From Candidatus Latescibacterota bacterium (GTDB taxonomy: Bacteria; Latescibacterota; UBA2968; UBA8231), in NCBI GenBank assembly GCA_965206595.1, contig OZ242214.1, positions 4,256,001 to 4,320,000 on the forward strand: a stretch of 64,000 bases of DNA. Reading direction: 5' to 3'. The position numbers were made by a program, and so were the translations under genes. The notes under the pieces are model-generated. The model was not told the DNA's origin. It ran no database searches and was given only the letters and a program-made list of their open reading frames with translations. Of this stretch, positions 1-9,532 are shown in pieces. Numbering within the stretch: position 1 is the first letter of the stretch; the number at the start of each line of letters is the position of its first letter.

Positions 1-20
1 GAAACATCTACGTTGCCCAG

Positions 21-3000
21 GTGATTGCAGATGTCAGCTACATAGTCGTCAGAGGGCTTATTACCGTTACCGTAACCGACGTGGACGAAGAGGGCACTGT
101 GACCTTGTCTACGACTGCGCCAGTGGTGGGTCATCCGTTGGGGAGCGTGCTCGGTGAACCGGATGGGGGCGTGACCGATCTCCGGTGGCAGTGGCAGCGC
201 CGGTTGAGTGGTACGAAGAGGTGGGAAGACGTCTCTTCGAGCCGGGCCCGGTCCGAGGAATTCCATCAAGGGCAGGGGTATACGCCGAAACCGGGGGATG
301 TGGGGTATGAACTGCGGGCGACGGTCGGCTATACCGACGTGCATGGCCCGGGCAAGAGGGCGCAGAGCCCCGAGACCGCCCCTGCGGTGGATGTTCCTTC
401 GGCGCCTCGGAACCTGGAGGCGGCTGCGGGGAACGCCCGGGTGGAACTGAGGTGGGATCCGCCGCTTACGGACAACGGTTCGGCGCTGACGGGATACGAG
501 TATCGTCAGAGCGCCGACGGGGGGGTCACGTGGGCTCCGGACTGGGGGCCCACTTCTTCCAACGCTGCGACCGCGACAAGGCTCACAGTGCGCGACCTGA
601 CCAACGGCACGGAGTACAGCTTCGAGGTGCGCGCCGTCAACGGGGCGGGGGAGGGGGCCTCCGCGCGCGACACGGCGACGCCGGCGAGGCCGGACACGCG
701 CGGCCGGGTGGAGTGGAGCACGACTCAGCCGCGGGTGGGTCAGGAGCTGACGCCGACGCTCATCGACCCGGACAACCCCGCGCTGGCAGAGGCGCGCTGG
801 CGCTGGCGCCGGTTGGGGTGGCTTCGGTCCGATGCCGGCGATTCGCTGTCGGCGCCGGCCCCTGAGTCGCGCTCCGGTGAATCGAAACTAGGAGTGATCG
901 CCCGCACGCGTCAGTATAGGCCCCGGGTGAGCGATCTCCATCAGTGGTTGCGGGTTGAAGTCACTTATACCGACGACTTCGACCGGCACCGGGTAAGCGC
1001 GACGACGTCGAGGGCGGTGGGACCGGGCTCGCCGTGCGCCCCCGCCAACCTGAAGGCGGCGCCCGGCGACGGGCAGGTGACGCTGACCTGGGAGGCGGGC
1101 TGCGACAACGGGGGGCCCATCGACAGGTATCAATACCGTCGTCTGGACGTGCGGAAATGGGTGCGGGTGCCCGGGGACGGCTCGGCCCGTCGTCAGCAGG
1201 TGACGGGCCTGACCAACGGGGAGGCGCACACGTTCGAGGTGCGGGCGAGGAACGGTCAAGGGTGGGGTCCTGCCGCCCAGGCTACGGCCACGCCCGCGGC
1301 GGCGGAGTCCCTTCCTCCACCTCCCCCCCCGCCGATGACGGTCACCTACGAAGCGTCGTCCTACTCGGCGCAGGAAGGGGGCGAGGCGGCGACGGTGACG
1401 GTGCGGCTGTCGGCGCCGGCGTCTCAGGCGCTGCGCATCCCGATTGCGGTCAATCCCCCGTCGGGGGACTTCACGGTGGCCGGGCTGACGGACGGAGGGC
1501 TGTCGTTCGCACCGGAGGCGGACGAAGCGACGTTCACGGTTACGGCGAATGAGGATGCGGACACGGTCGACGAAGAGGTGACGTTGGGTTTCGGCACGCC
1601 GCTGCCGGAGGGGGTGGGCGCGGGCACGCCGGCGAGTGCCACGGTGAGGCTGGTCGACGACGACGTCCCCGTCCCGAGGGTGTCGTTCGGTGCCTCCTCG
1701 TATTCGGCGTCCGAAGGGGGCGCTGCGGCGACGGTGACGGTGAGGCTGTCTCAGTCGGCTTCGGCTGATCTGACCATTACGATCACGATTGCGGCGGATG
1801 ACGGCACCGAGGAAGACGATTTCAGCCACAGCCTGGGAACAGCCAAAACGCTGTCGTTTGCCGCCGGCACGACCTCGCGGACGTTTACGGTCACGGCCGA
1901 AACGGACCCGGACAATGCCGACGAAGAGGTGACGTTGGGTTTCGGCACGCCGCTGCCGGAGGGGGTGAGCGCCGGCTCCCCGGCCGGCGCTGCGGTGACC
2001 CTGGCGGACGGGGCGCCGTCGCCGCCGACGGACGTACGGCTGCGTCCGGCCTCCACTCAGGGACACACGCGGCTGACCGTTTCCTGGACGCCGCCGCCGG
2101 AGGCCGTCAGCGGCTACGAGTATCGAATCCAGGGGAGCGGCAGTCCGCCATCGGCGGCGGCGAGCCCGGCGACGATTTCGGGCCTCGAGCCCGGCACAGG
2201 CTACCGGGTGCAGGTGCGGGCCCGCAACCGGTACGGCAGCAGCGGCTGGGCTTCGGGCAGCGGCCGCACGAACGCCAACCGCAGGCCCGACATCGCGGGC
2301 CCGGGCGAGGAGTCCGTGCCGGAGAACACGACGTCCGTGGGCGACTACACCAAATCCGACCCGGACGGCGATGCGACCCGCTGGTTGGAGCTGGGAGGCA
2401 CGCATGCGAGCCGGTTCGATTTCTCGGCAGGCGCCTTGCGCTTCCGGACGGCGCCCGACTACGAGCGCGATCCCCACAGCTACGAGGTCACCGTGCGGGC
2501 CACGGATGGGTACGATGTCACGGAGCATGAGGTGACCGTGGACGTGATCGACGTGCCGCCGCCGGAGGCGCCCACGGCCAGCCTCAGCGTGCCTTCCAGC
2601 AACGGCCATGAGCGCCTCGACGTCTCCTGGACGGTGCCGGCCAGCGAATCGCCCATCACCGGGTACGAGTTGGAATACTGCTACTATGCCTCCCGGGATG
2701 ACGGGGGCCCGTCCTCCCAGGACCCGCCTTCGGACCCCGGCGGCACGGCGGAGGAGGAGCGCTCACCCGGCATCTGTTCCACCCGGCCCGAATCCGGCAA
2801 CAGCGCCATCCTGGCCGATCTGTACGACAACACCCTGTACGGGGTGCGCGTGCGGGCCACCAGCGGCGAAGGCCCCGGGTCCTGGTCCAACCAGGCGACC
2901 GCCTCGACCCGGCGCCGCAACCGGGCTCCGCAGATTTCCGGGGAGACGGCCCCCTCGGTGGCCGAGAACAGCCGGTCCGTGGGCGACTACACCAAATCCG

Positions 3001-4460
3001 ACCCGGACGGCGATGCGACCCGCTGGTTGGAGCTGGGAGGCACGCATGCGAGCCGGTTCGATTTCTCGGCAGGGAGCTTGCGCTTCCGGACGGCGCCCGA
3101 CTACGAGCGCGATCCCCACAGCTACGAGGTCACCGTGCGGGCCACGGATGGGTACGATGTCACGGAGCATGAGGTGACCGTGGACGTGATCGACGTGTCG
3201 CCGCCGCCGCGGCCCGACGTGACCGTCACCGTGCCTTCCGGCAACGGCCACGAGCAGCTCGACGTCCGCTGGTCGGTGTCGTCCAGCGGCGCGACGGTCA
3301 CCGGATGGAAGCTGCAGTATTGCCAGACCAACGCCTGCGGCTCCACGACCACCTTGACCTTCGAGGCCGGTACCGCGAACACGACCTTGGAGAACCTGCG
3401 CTCCGGGACCCGGTACTCGGTTCGCGTAAAAGCGACCAGCGACGAGGGAGACAGTCCCTGGTCCCCCATACAAAGGACCTACACGCGGGCCAACACGGCG
3501 CCGGTGATTTCGGGCCCCACTTCCGAGTCGATCCCCGAAAACACCACGGCCGTGGCCTCCTATACGGCCACCGACGCGGAAGGGCACAGCATCAGCTGGT
3601 CCCTGGTGGAATCCAATTCCGGCCTGTCCATCAGCAGCAGCAGCGGCCGGCTGAGCTTCGACTTCGACAACGCACCCGACTACGAAAGCGGCACCACCGA
3701 ATACACCGTCACCGTCAAGGCCACCGACAGCGGCAATCCCAGGGCCTCGTCGACGCGGGGGGTGACCGTCACGGTCACGGACGTAGGGCCACCCAGCCGG
3801 ATGACGGACGTGAGGGTGAGTGTGCCTTCGTCCGGGACGGGCACGCTGAACGTCAACTGGACGGCTCCGGCCAGCGGCGCCCCGATCACGGGATACACCA
3901 TGCAATACTGCTACTACGCCTTCCGGTCGGACGAGGGCGAAGCCGGGGAGCCGTCCGAGGAGGACCTCGAGACCGCGCGGCAGGCCGGCCGATGCACGGA
4001 AACGACCCTCGGCGACGTGACGAGCCGCACGCTGACGGACCTGCACCGAAACACGCTGTACGGCGTCCGCATGAAGGCCACCAGCGGCGAAGGCACCGGG
4101 GACTGGTCCACGCAGCGAACCGCCACCACGCGCTCGGCCGCGGCCAAGGCCCTGGCCGAGCAGATGGCCCTCACCGGACTCGAGGGACTGGCCGCCCTGG
4201 CCGCGCCCAACCCCTTCAACCCCAGCACCACGATCTACTTCCAGGTGCCCGAAAGCGGGGAGGTCTCCCTGGTCATCTACAGCCTCGCCGGGCAGGTGGT
4301 GAAGACCCTGATTCCCAACCGCACCCTGAAAGCCGGGATACACGACGTATACCGGGCAGGCCGCGACGAACAGGGACGCCCGGTGGCCGCCGGCGTCTAC
4401 TTCTACCGGCTCACCGCTGGAGATCAGGCCCTGGTGCGCAAAATGACTATGTTGAGATGA
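21..4460 (+). CDS. Large secreted/surface protein (5'-partial): FN3, Calx-beta-like and cadherin-like repeats with C-terminal FlgD-Ig/T9SS-type sorting domain
   Basis: Frame is open to the window edge. FN3 motifs (PSAPRNL...LRW...YEY...LTNGTEYSFEVRAVN), cadherin-like PDYE...YEVTVRATDG, and C-terminal PNPFNPSTTIYF...IYSLAGQVVKTL...AAGVYFYRL. Confidence 0.88.
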   Translation: MIADVSYIVVRGLITVTVTDVDEEGTVTLSTTAPVVGHPLGSVLGEPDGGVTDLRWQWQRRLSGTKRWEDVSSSRARSEEFHQGQGYTPKPGDVGYELRATVGYTDVHGPGKRAQSPETAPAVDVPSAPRNLEAAAGNARVELRWDPPLTDNGSALTGYEYRQSADGGVTWAPDWGPTSSNAATATRLTVRDLTNGTEYSFEVRAVNGAGEGASARDTATPARPDTRGRVEWSTTQPRVGQELTPTLIDPDNPALAEARWRWRRLGWLRSDAGDSLSAPAPESRSGESKLGVIARTRQYRPRVSDLHQWLRVEVTYTDDFDRHRVSATTSRAVGPGSPCAPANLKAAPGDGQVTLTWEAGCDNGGPIDRYQYRRLDVRKWVRVPGDGSARRQQVTGLTNGEAHTFEVRARNGQGWGPAAQATATPAAAESLPPPPPPPMTVTYEASSYSAQEGGEAATVTVRLSAPASQALRIPIAVNPPSGDFTVAGLTDGGLSFAPEADEATFTVTANEDADTVDEEVTLGFGTPLPEGVGAGTPASATVRLVDDDVPVPRVSFGASSYSASEGGAAATVTVRLSQSASADLTITITIAADDGTEEDDFSHSLGTAKTLSFAAGTTSRTFTVTAETDPDNADEEVTLGFGTPLPEGVSAGSPAGAAVTLADGAPSPPTDVRLRPASTQGHTRLTVSWTPPPEAVSGYEYRIQGSGSPPSAAASPATISGLEPGTGYRVQVRARNRYGSSGWASGSGRTNANRRPDIAGPGEESVPENTTSVGDYTKSDPDGDATRWLELGGTHASRFDFSAGALRFRTAPDYERDPHSYEVTVRATDGYDVTEHEVTVDVIDVPPPEAPTASLSVPSSNGHERLDVSWTVPASESPITGYELEYCYYASRDDGGPSSQDPPSDPGGTAEEERSPGICSTRPESGNSAILADLYDNTLYGVRVRATSGEGPGSWSNQATASTRRRNRAPQISGETAPSVAENSRSVGDYTKSDPDGDATRWLELGGTHASRFDFSAGSLRFRTAPDYERDPHSYEVTVRATDGYDVTEHEVTVDVIDVSPPPRPDVTVTVPSGNGHEQLDVRWSVSSSGATVTGWKLQYCQTNACGSTTTLTFEAGTANTTLENLRSGTRYSVRVKATSDEGDSPWSPIQRTYTRANTAPVISGPTSESIPENTTAVASYTATDAEGHSISWSLVESNSGLSISSSSGRLSFDFDNAPDYESGTTEYTVTVKATDSGNPRASSTRGVTVTVTDVGPPSRMTDVRVSVPSSGTGTLNVNWTAPASGAPITGYTMQYCYYAFRSDEGEAGEPSEEDLETARQAGRCTETTLGDVTSRTLTDLHRNTLYGVRMKATSGEGTGDWSTQRTATTRSAAAKALAEQMALTGLEGLAALAAPNPFNPSTTIYFQVPESGEVSLVIYSLAGQVVKTLIPNRTLKAGIHDVYRAGRDEQGRPVAAGVYFYRLTAGDQALVRKMTMLR
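2333..3197 (+). repeat. Near-identical 223-bp intragenic direct repeat (2333-2555 and 2975-3197), one cadherin-like domain
   Basis: Direct comparison at offset 642; the only difference I saw is gcaggcgcc vs gcagggagc. Confidence 0.92.
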
Positions 4461-4665
4461 AGGGGCCGCTGTGTCATCGGCCGGCGCACGCCGCCGGCAG
4501 GGCGGCGTTTCGCAGAGGCCGGCCAATCAGAAAAAACTCAGGAGAGTCCTTTGGGGGCAGGCCGATCTTCCAGTGGTCGGCTCGGGGCCGCTTCGGCAAG
4601 AGGAGCATCGGTAACGCCTTCGAATGGTAGGGGGTACCGACGGTTCGGGCATCCCCCGGTTCTGT

Positions 4666-4694
4666 TTGACAATGCATGGGGCTGCCGGTAGGTT
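4666..4694 (+). promoter_or_regulatory. Sigma70-type promoter upstream of thrS leader
   Basis: TTGACA (4666-4671), 17-nt spacer, TAGGTT (4689-4694). Confidence 0.6.
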
Positions 4695-4960
4695 GGGAAG
4701 ATTCTGACCACCGAAAACGAAAGACGAAGCGGATGTCGACACCGGTTGCAGCATCTCGTCCACGGATCCCCAGGCCTGATCCGCGGATGCCGGCATCCAC
4801 CCCTTCCACCGCGGCGGGGCCGAGCCCGGCCTTGCCCGGAACGCCGGGCGCTGCGGAGAGGGAAGTTCAGATCGTTTAGATGTCGTGGAGGGCGGCCGCG
4901 GACGGCCGTTCGCGCGGCGCGGAGAAAGCGCGCCGCGGTGGAGTTCGAACCGGAAAACAC

Positions 4961-4992
4961 ACCCGCTGTCTGACGACGGCGGGTTTTTCTTT
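4961..4992 (+). terminator. Intrinsic terminator/attenuator just upstream of thrS
   Basis: acccgctgtc-tgac-gacggcgggt stem followed by ttttcttt, ending about 15 nt before ATG 5008. Confidence 0.7.
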
Positions 4993-5007
4993 ATCGGCGG
5001 AACTGGA

Positions 5008-6939
5008 ATGAAAATCACCGACAGACACGGAAACCTGCTGGAACACGAGGGAGGGGGGCCCCTGAAAGAAGCCCTCCTCTCTCTCGACAGGAAGCTGCTG
5101 CGCGAATACATCGGCGCCCGCGCCGGCGGGGAGCGGATCGATTTCCACACCGATCTTCCTGAAGACAGCGAGGTCGAGCTGATCCCCTGGGATTCGGAGG
5201 AAGCGGCCTGGATCTACCGCCACAGCGTCGCCCACGTGATGGCGCAGGCGGTGCGCCGGCTCTTCCCCGGGGTGCGGCTGGCCATCGGCCCGGCGATCGC
5301 CGACGGCTTCTACTACGACTTCGACTGCGAGACCTCGTTCACCCCGGACGACCTCCAGCGCATCGAGAAGGAGATGAAGCGGATCGTCAAGCAGAACCAC
5401 CGCTTCGAGCGCTTCACCCTGCCGCCGGAGGAGGCGGTCGCCTTCGTCGAGGAGGACCCCTACAAGCTCGAGATCCTCGCCGACCTCGAGCCGGGGGAGA
5501 CCCTGTCGTTCTACCGCGACGGCGACTTCACCGATCTCTGCCGCGGGCCGCACATGCTCAGCAGCGGGCAGGTCAAGCACTTCAAGCTGCTGTCGCTGGC
5601 CGGGGCCTACTGGCGCGGCGACGAGAACAACAAGATGCTGCAGCGGATCTACGGCACCGCCTTCGCCACCCGCGAGGCCCTCGACGGCCACCTCGCCATG
5701 CTCGAGGAGGCGAAGAAGCGGGACCACCGCCGCCTCGGGCAGGACCTCGAGCTGTTTTTCTTCGACGACGAGGTCGGCCCCGGCCTGCCGCTGTGGCAGC
5801 CGAAGGGGACGGTCCTGATCGAGGAGCTGGAACGGCTGGCGAAGGAGACGGAGCGCGAGGCCGGGTACCGGCAGGTGCGCACCCCCCACATCTGCAAGGA
5901 TTCGATGTTCGTGCGCAGCGGCCACCTGCCCTACTACGCCGAGTCGATGTTTCCGCCGATGGAGCTGGAGGGGGTCAAGTACTACCTCAAGCCGATGAAC
6001 TGCCCCCACCACCACAAGGTGTACGGGTCGGTCCCGCGCAGCTACCGCGACCTGCCCCTGCGCCTGGCCGAGTACGGGACCTGCTACCGCTACGAGCAGT
6101 CCGGGGAGCTCTTCGGCCTGATGCGGGTGCGCTCGATGCAGATGAACGACGCCCACATCTACTGCACCCTCGACCAGTTCGAGGAGGAGTTCCTCGCCGT
6201 CTGCCGCATGTATCTCGGGTACTTCGAGCTGTTCGGCATCGACAAGTACGTGATGCGCTTCAGCACCCACGAACCGCAGGACCTTGGGAAGAAGTACGTC
6301 GACGAGCCGCAGCTCTGGCTCGAGACCGAGGAGAGGGTGCGCCGCGCCCTCGCCAACGGCGGCATCAATCACGTCGAGGTTGCCGGGGAGGCGGCCTTCT
6401 ACGGCCCCAAGATCGACGTCGAGGTCTGGAGCGCCATCGGCCGCGAGTTCTCGATCGCCACCAACCAGGTCGACTTCGCGGTGCCGGCCCGCTACGGCCT
6501 CGTCTACACCAGTGCCGAGGGGGGCCAGGAGACGCCGATCTGCATTCACCGCGCCCCGCTGGGGACCCACGAGCGCACCATCGGCTTCCTGATCGAGCAT
6601 TACGCCGGGGCCTTCCCGCCCTGGCTCGCCCCGGTGCAGGCGGTGGTGCTGCCGATCGGGGAGGGCCACGCCGAGTATGCCGCAGGTGCGGGAGCCGCCC
6701 TGGTTGCGGCCGGAGTGCGCGCCGAGGTCGAGGGGGACAACACCCTCGGCTACCGCATCCGCGCGGCGCAGACGCAGAAGGTGCCCTACATGCTGATCGC
6801 CGGGGACCGCGAGGTCGAGAACGGGGAAGTTTCGATCCGGCTGCGTTCCGGCGAGCAGCTCGACTCGATGGCCGTTGCCGAGGCGGTGGCGCTGATCGGT
6901 GGGGGCATCGCCACGAGAGCCGGGGAGCTGGCGGGGTAG
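5008..6939 (+). CDS. thrS: Threonine--tRNA ligase
   Basis: RHSVAHVMAQAV, GFYYDF, DLCRGPH, AYWRGD, RDHRRLG, KPMNCPHH, IHRAPLGTHER motifs; start set at MKITDRHG. Confidence 0.97.
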   Translation: MKITDRHGNLLEHEGGGPLKEALLSLDRKLLREYIGARAGGERIDFHTDLPEDSEVELIPWDSEEAAWIYRHSVAHVMAQAVRRLFPGVRLAIGPAIADGFYYDFDCETSFTPDDLQRIEKEMKRIVKQNHRFERFTLPPEEAVAFVEEDPYKLEILADLEPGETLSFYRDGDFTDLCRGPHMLSSGQVKHFKLLSLAGAYWRGDENNKMLQRIYGTAFATREALDGHLAMLEEAKKRDHRRLGQDLELFFFDDEVGPGLPLWQPKGTVLIEELERLAKETEREAGYRQVRTPHICKDSMFVRSGHLPYYAESMFPPMELEGVKYYLKPMNCPHHHKVYGSVPRSYRDLPLRLAEYGTCYRYEQSGELFGLMRVRSMQMNDAHIYCTLDQFEEEFLAVCRMYLGYFELFGIDKYVMRFSTHEPQDLGKKYVDEPQLWLETEERVRRALANGGINHVEVAGEAAFYGPKIDVEVWSAIGREFSIATNQVDFAVPARYGLVYTSAEGGQETPICIHRAPLGTHERTIGFLIEHYAGAFPPWLAPVQAVVLPIGEGHAEYAAGAGAALVAAGVRAEVEGDNTLGYRIRAAQTQKVPYMLIAGDREVENGEVSIRLRSGEQLDSMAVAEAVALIGGGIATRAGELAG

Positions 6940-6941
6940 GG

Positions 6942-6960
6942 GACCCGCACCGGGTTTTTT
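6942..6960 (+). terminator. Short hairpin plus T-tract after thrS
   Basis: gacccg-cac-cgggtt followed by tttt. Confidence 0.4.
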
Positions 6961-7032
6961 CGGCATGACTCTCGCGAAATTCCAGGGACGGCCGGGTGAG
7001 GGCAGGGCAGCCGCCGGGAAGGCCTTCAGGCC

Positions 7033-7728
7033 GTGCCGGTGAAGAAGAGGATCTCGCGCGCCGCCGGGGTCTTCTGGCGCTTCCGCTACCACCTGTTTTC
7101 GACCCTGGTGGTGCTCGCCTTCTGGGACACCGGCCTGATCAAGCCGTTCCGCGTCTTCGTGGTGATGGTGCACGAGGTCTGCCACGCCGGCGCCGCCCTG
7201 CTGACCGATGGCGAGGTCGTCGAGATCCGCACCGCCTGGGAGGAGTCGGGCCACACCCTTACCCGGGGCGGCATCTTCCCCGTCATCAGCTCGGCCGGGT
7301 ACGTCGGCTCCGCCCTGCTCGGAGCGCTGCTGATCTACGCCGGCTGCTTCCCGCAGGTGCAGAGGCTGGCCCTGCTCTTCATTGGCGGGGCCACCATGGC
7401 GATGACGATCTGGTACACCCCGCCCGGGGCCGGCGACTTCTACCTGGGGATCTTCGGCGGCCTGGTGTTCGTCGTCCTGGCGATCAAGAGCCAGCGCGCC
7501 GGCACCGCGGGGGCCGTCTGGCTCGGGGTGATGCTCTGCATCTACAGCCTGCACGACTTCCGCACCGACCTGTGGATGTACCCCGAGCAGACCGACGCCG
7601 GCATACTGGCCGCCTACTGGGGGGCGCCGCCGCTGGCCTACCCGATCGCTTTCACCTGGGTCGCCGTATCCGTACTGGCGATGTACAAGTCGCTGCTTGC
7701 CCTGGTTCGAAAGGAAAGGAAGAACTGA
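7033..7728 (+). CDS. M50B-family membrane metallopeptidase
   Basis: HEVCH (HExxH) in a hydrophobic segment, SSAGYVG motif, multiple TM helices, downstream DA motif. Confidence 0.8.
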   Translation: MPVKKRISRAAGVFWRFRYHLFSTLVVLAFWDTGLIKPFRVFVVMVHEVCHAGAALLTDGEVVEIRTAWEESGHTLTRGGIFPVISSAGYVGSALLGALLIYAGCFPQVQRLALLFIGGATMAMTIWYTPPGAGDFYLGIFGGLVFVVLAIKSQRAGTAGAVWLGVMLCIYSLHDFRTDLWMYPEQTDAGILAAYWGAPPLAYPIAFTWVAVSVLAMYKSLLALVRKERKN

Positions 7729-7730
7729 CG

Positions 7731-9506
7731 ATGAGAATGAGCGCCCAATTCAGCCAGACGCTGCGCGAGGCCCCGGCCGACGCCGAAGTCGCCAGCCACG
7801 TGCTATTGCTGCGGGCCGGCTTCATCCGGCAGCTGGCGAGCGGGATCTTCAGCTACCTGCCGCTGGCGCGCCGCGCCTTCGACAAAATCGAGGCGATCAT
7901 CCGCGAGGAGATCGACGCCATCGGCGGGCAGGAGATCACCATGCCGGTCGTGCACCCGGCCGACATCTGGAAGGAGACCGGCCGCTGGTACGACATCGAC
8001 GCGGAGATGGGCCGCTTCAGCGACCGCTCGGACCGCGACATGGTCCTCGCCATGACCCACGAGGAGGTGGTCGCCGACCTCGTGCGCAGGGAAATCAAGT
8101 CGTACCGGCAGCTGCCGCAGCTTCTCTACCACCTGCAGACGAAGTGGCGCGACGACCCGCGGCCGCGCTCCGGCCTGCTGCGGGTGCGCGAGTTCACCAT
8201 GAAGGACAGCTACTCCCTCGACGCCGACGAGGCCGGGCTGGAGAAGCAGTACCGCGATCATTTCCAGGCCTACTTCAACATCTTCAACCGCTGCGGCATC
8301 CCGACCATCGCCGTCAAGGCCGACGTCGGCATGATGGGGGGCAAGCTCTCCCACGAGTACATCTACCTCACCGGGGTCGGCGAGGACAGCATCGTCCACT
8401 GCCCCGGGTGCGGGTACTCCGCCAACGGCCAGGTCGCCCAGTTCGCCAAGACGGCCGCCGAGCCGGAGGAGGCGCAGCCGACAGAACGGGTGGCGACGCC
8501 GGACACCCCGACCATCGAGGCGCTCGCGCGGCTCCTCGAGATCCCCGAAAGCGGGACGGCAAAGGCCCTGTTCGTGATGGGCAGGTTCCGCGGCGAGACG
8601 GAGGGGGAGCAAAAGGAGCGGCTGATCCTGGCGGTGATCCGCGGCGACATGGAGGTCAACGAGACCAAGCTCGCCAACGCCGCCGGGGCCCTGTCCCTGC
8701 GCCCCGCCCATGACGGGGAGATCCTGGCGAGCGGGGCCGTGCCGGGGTACGCGTCGCCGATGGGGGTCGAAAACACCCTGGTGGTCGCCGACGACTCGAT
8801 CCCCGCGGCAGCCAACCTCGTGTCCGGGGCCAACGAGGAGGGGTATCACCTGCGCAACGTCAACTACGGCCGCGACTGGGAGGCCGCAGTGGTCGCCGAC
8901 ATCGCCGCGGTGGGGGAGGGGGCGGCCTGCCGGGAGTGCGGCGGCCGGCTGCAGGTGAGCCGGGGCGTCGAGGTCGGCAACATCTTTCAGCTCGGCACCC
9001 GCTATTCCGAGGCGATGAACTGCTCCTTCCTCGACGCCGAAGGCAAGCCGCGGCCGGTTGTCATGGGCTCGTACGGCATCGGCGTCGGGCGCCTGCTGGC
9101 CTGCGTCGCCCAGGAGTACCACGACGACAACGGGCTGGCCCTGCCGGTATCGATCGCCCCCTACCAGGTCCACCTCGCCTCACTGGCCAAGACCCCGGGG
9201 GCGGTGCGGGAAGCGTCCGAGGCGCTCTACGACGGCCTCCGGGAGGCGGGCGTCGAGGTGCTCTACGACGACCGCGGGGAAAACCCCGGGGTGAAGTTCA
9301 ACGACGCCGACCTGATCGGACTGCCGATCCGCATCACCATCGGGGACCGGTCGCTTAAAAAAGGACAGGTCGAGATCAAGCTGCGGCGCGAGGAGAAGGC
9401 CGCGGAGGTACCGGTGGAGGGCGCCGTCGAGCACGTGGTCGAGCGGGCCCGGGAGCTGCGGGCGGAGCTGGAAGCCCGCGTCGTCGAGGTCCCCTACACC
9501 GACTGA
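7731..9506 (+). CDS. proS: Proline--tRNA ligase (bacterial type with editing insertion)
   Basis: TLREAPADAEVASH, RDDPRPRSGLLRVREFTMKDSYS, GVEVGNIFQLG, MGSYGIGVGR; ATG 7731 after aaggaaagga. Confidence 0.97.
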   Translation: MRMSAQFSQTLREAPADAEVASHVLLLRAGFIRQLASGIFSYLPLARRAFDKIEAIIREEIDAIGGQEITMPVVHPADIWKETGRWYDIDAEMGRFSDRSDRDMVLAMTHEEVVADLVRREIKSYRQLPQLLYHLQTKWRDDPRPRSGLLRVREFTMKDSYSLDADEAGLEKQYRDHFQAYFNIFNRCGIPTIAVKADVGMMGGKLSHEYIYLTGVGEDSIVHCPGCGYSANGQVAQFAKTAAEPEEAQPTERVATPDTPTIEALARLLEIPESGTAKALFVMGRFRGETEGEQKERLILAVIRGDMEVNETKLANAAGALSLRPAHDGEILASGAVPGYASPMGVENTLVVADDSIPAAANLVSGANEEGYHLRNVNYGRDWEAAVVADIAAVGEGAACRECGGRLQVSRGVEVGNIFQLGTRYSEAMNCSFLDAEGKPRPVVMGSYGIGVGRLLACVAQEYHDDNGLALPVSIAPYQVHLASLAKTPGAVREASEALYDGLREAGVEVLYDDRGENPGVKFNDADLIGLPIRITIGDRSLKKGQVEIKLRREEKAAEVPVEGAVEHVVERARELRAELEARVVEVPYTD

Positions 9507-9532
9507 AACGCAAGGGAAAGGAAGGAAAAGCC

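Noticed and set aside
4732-4879. Possible thrS leader peptide MSTPVAAS...
   Set aside because: No run of Thr codons; only four scattered Thr in 48 aa.
4930-4955. gtggagttcgaacc resembling a tRNA T-loop or tmRNA end
   Set aside because: No T-stem pairing, acceptor stem or CCA.
4876-7554. Long antisense and alternate-frame ORFs (892 aa here; also 888-2609, 2763-4526, 40058-42184, 51660-53906)
   Set aside because: Shadows of real high-GC genes; no independent motifs.
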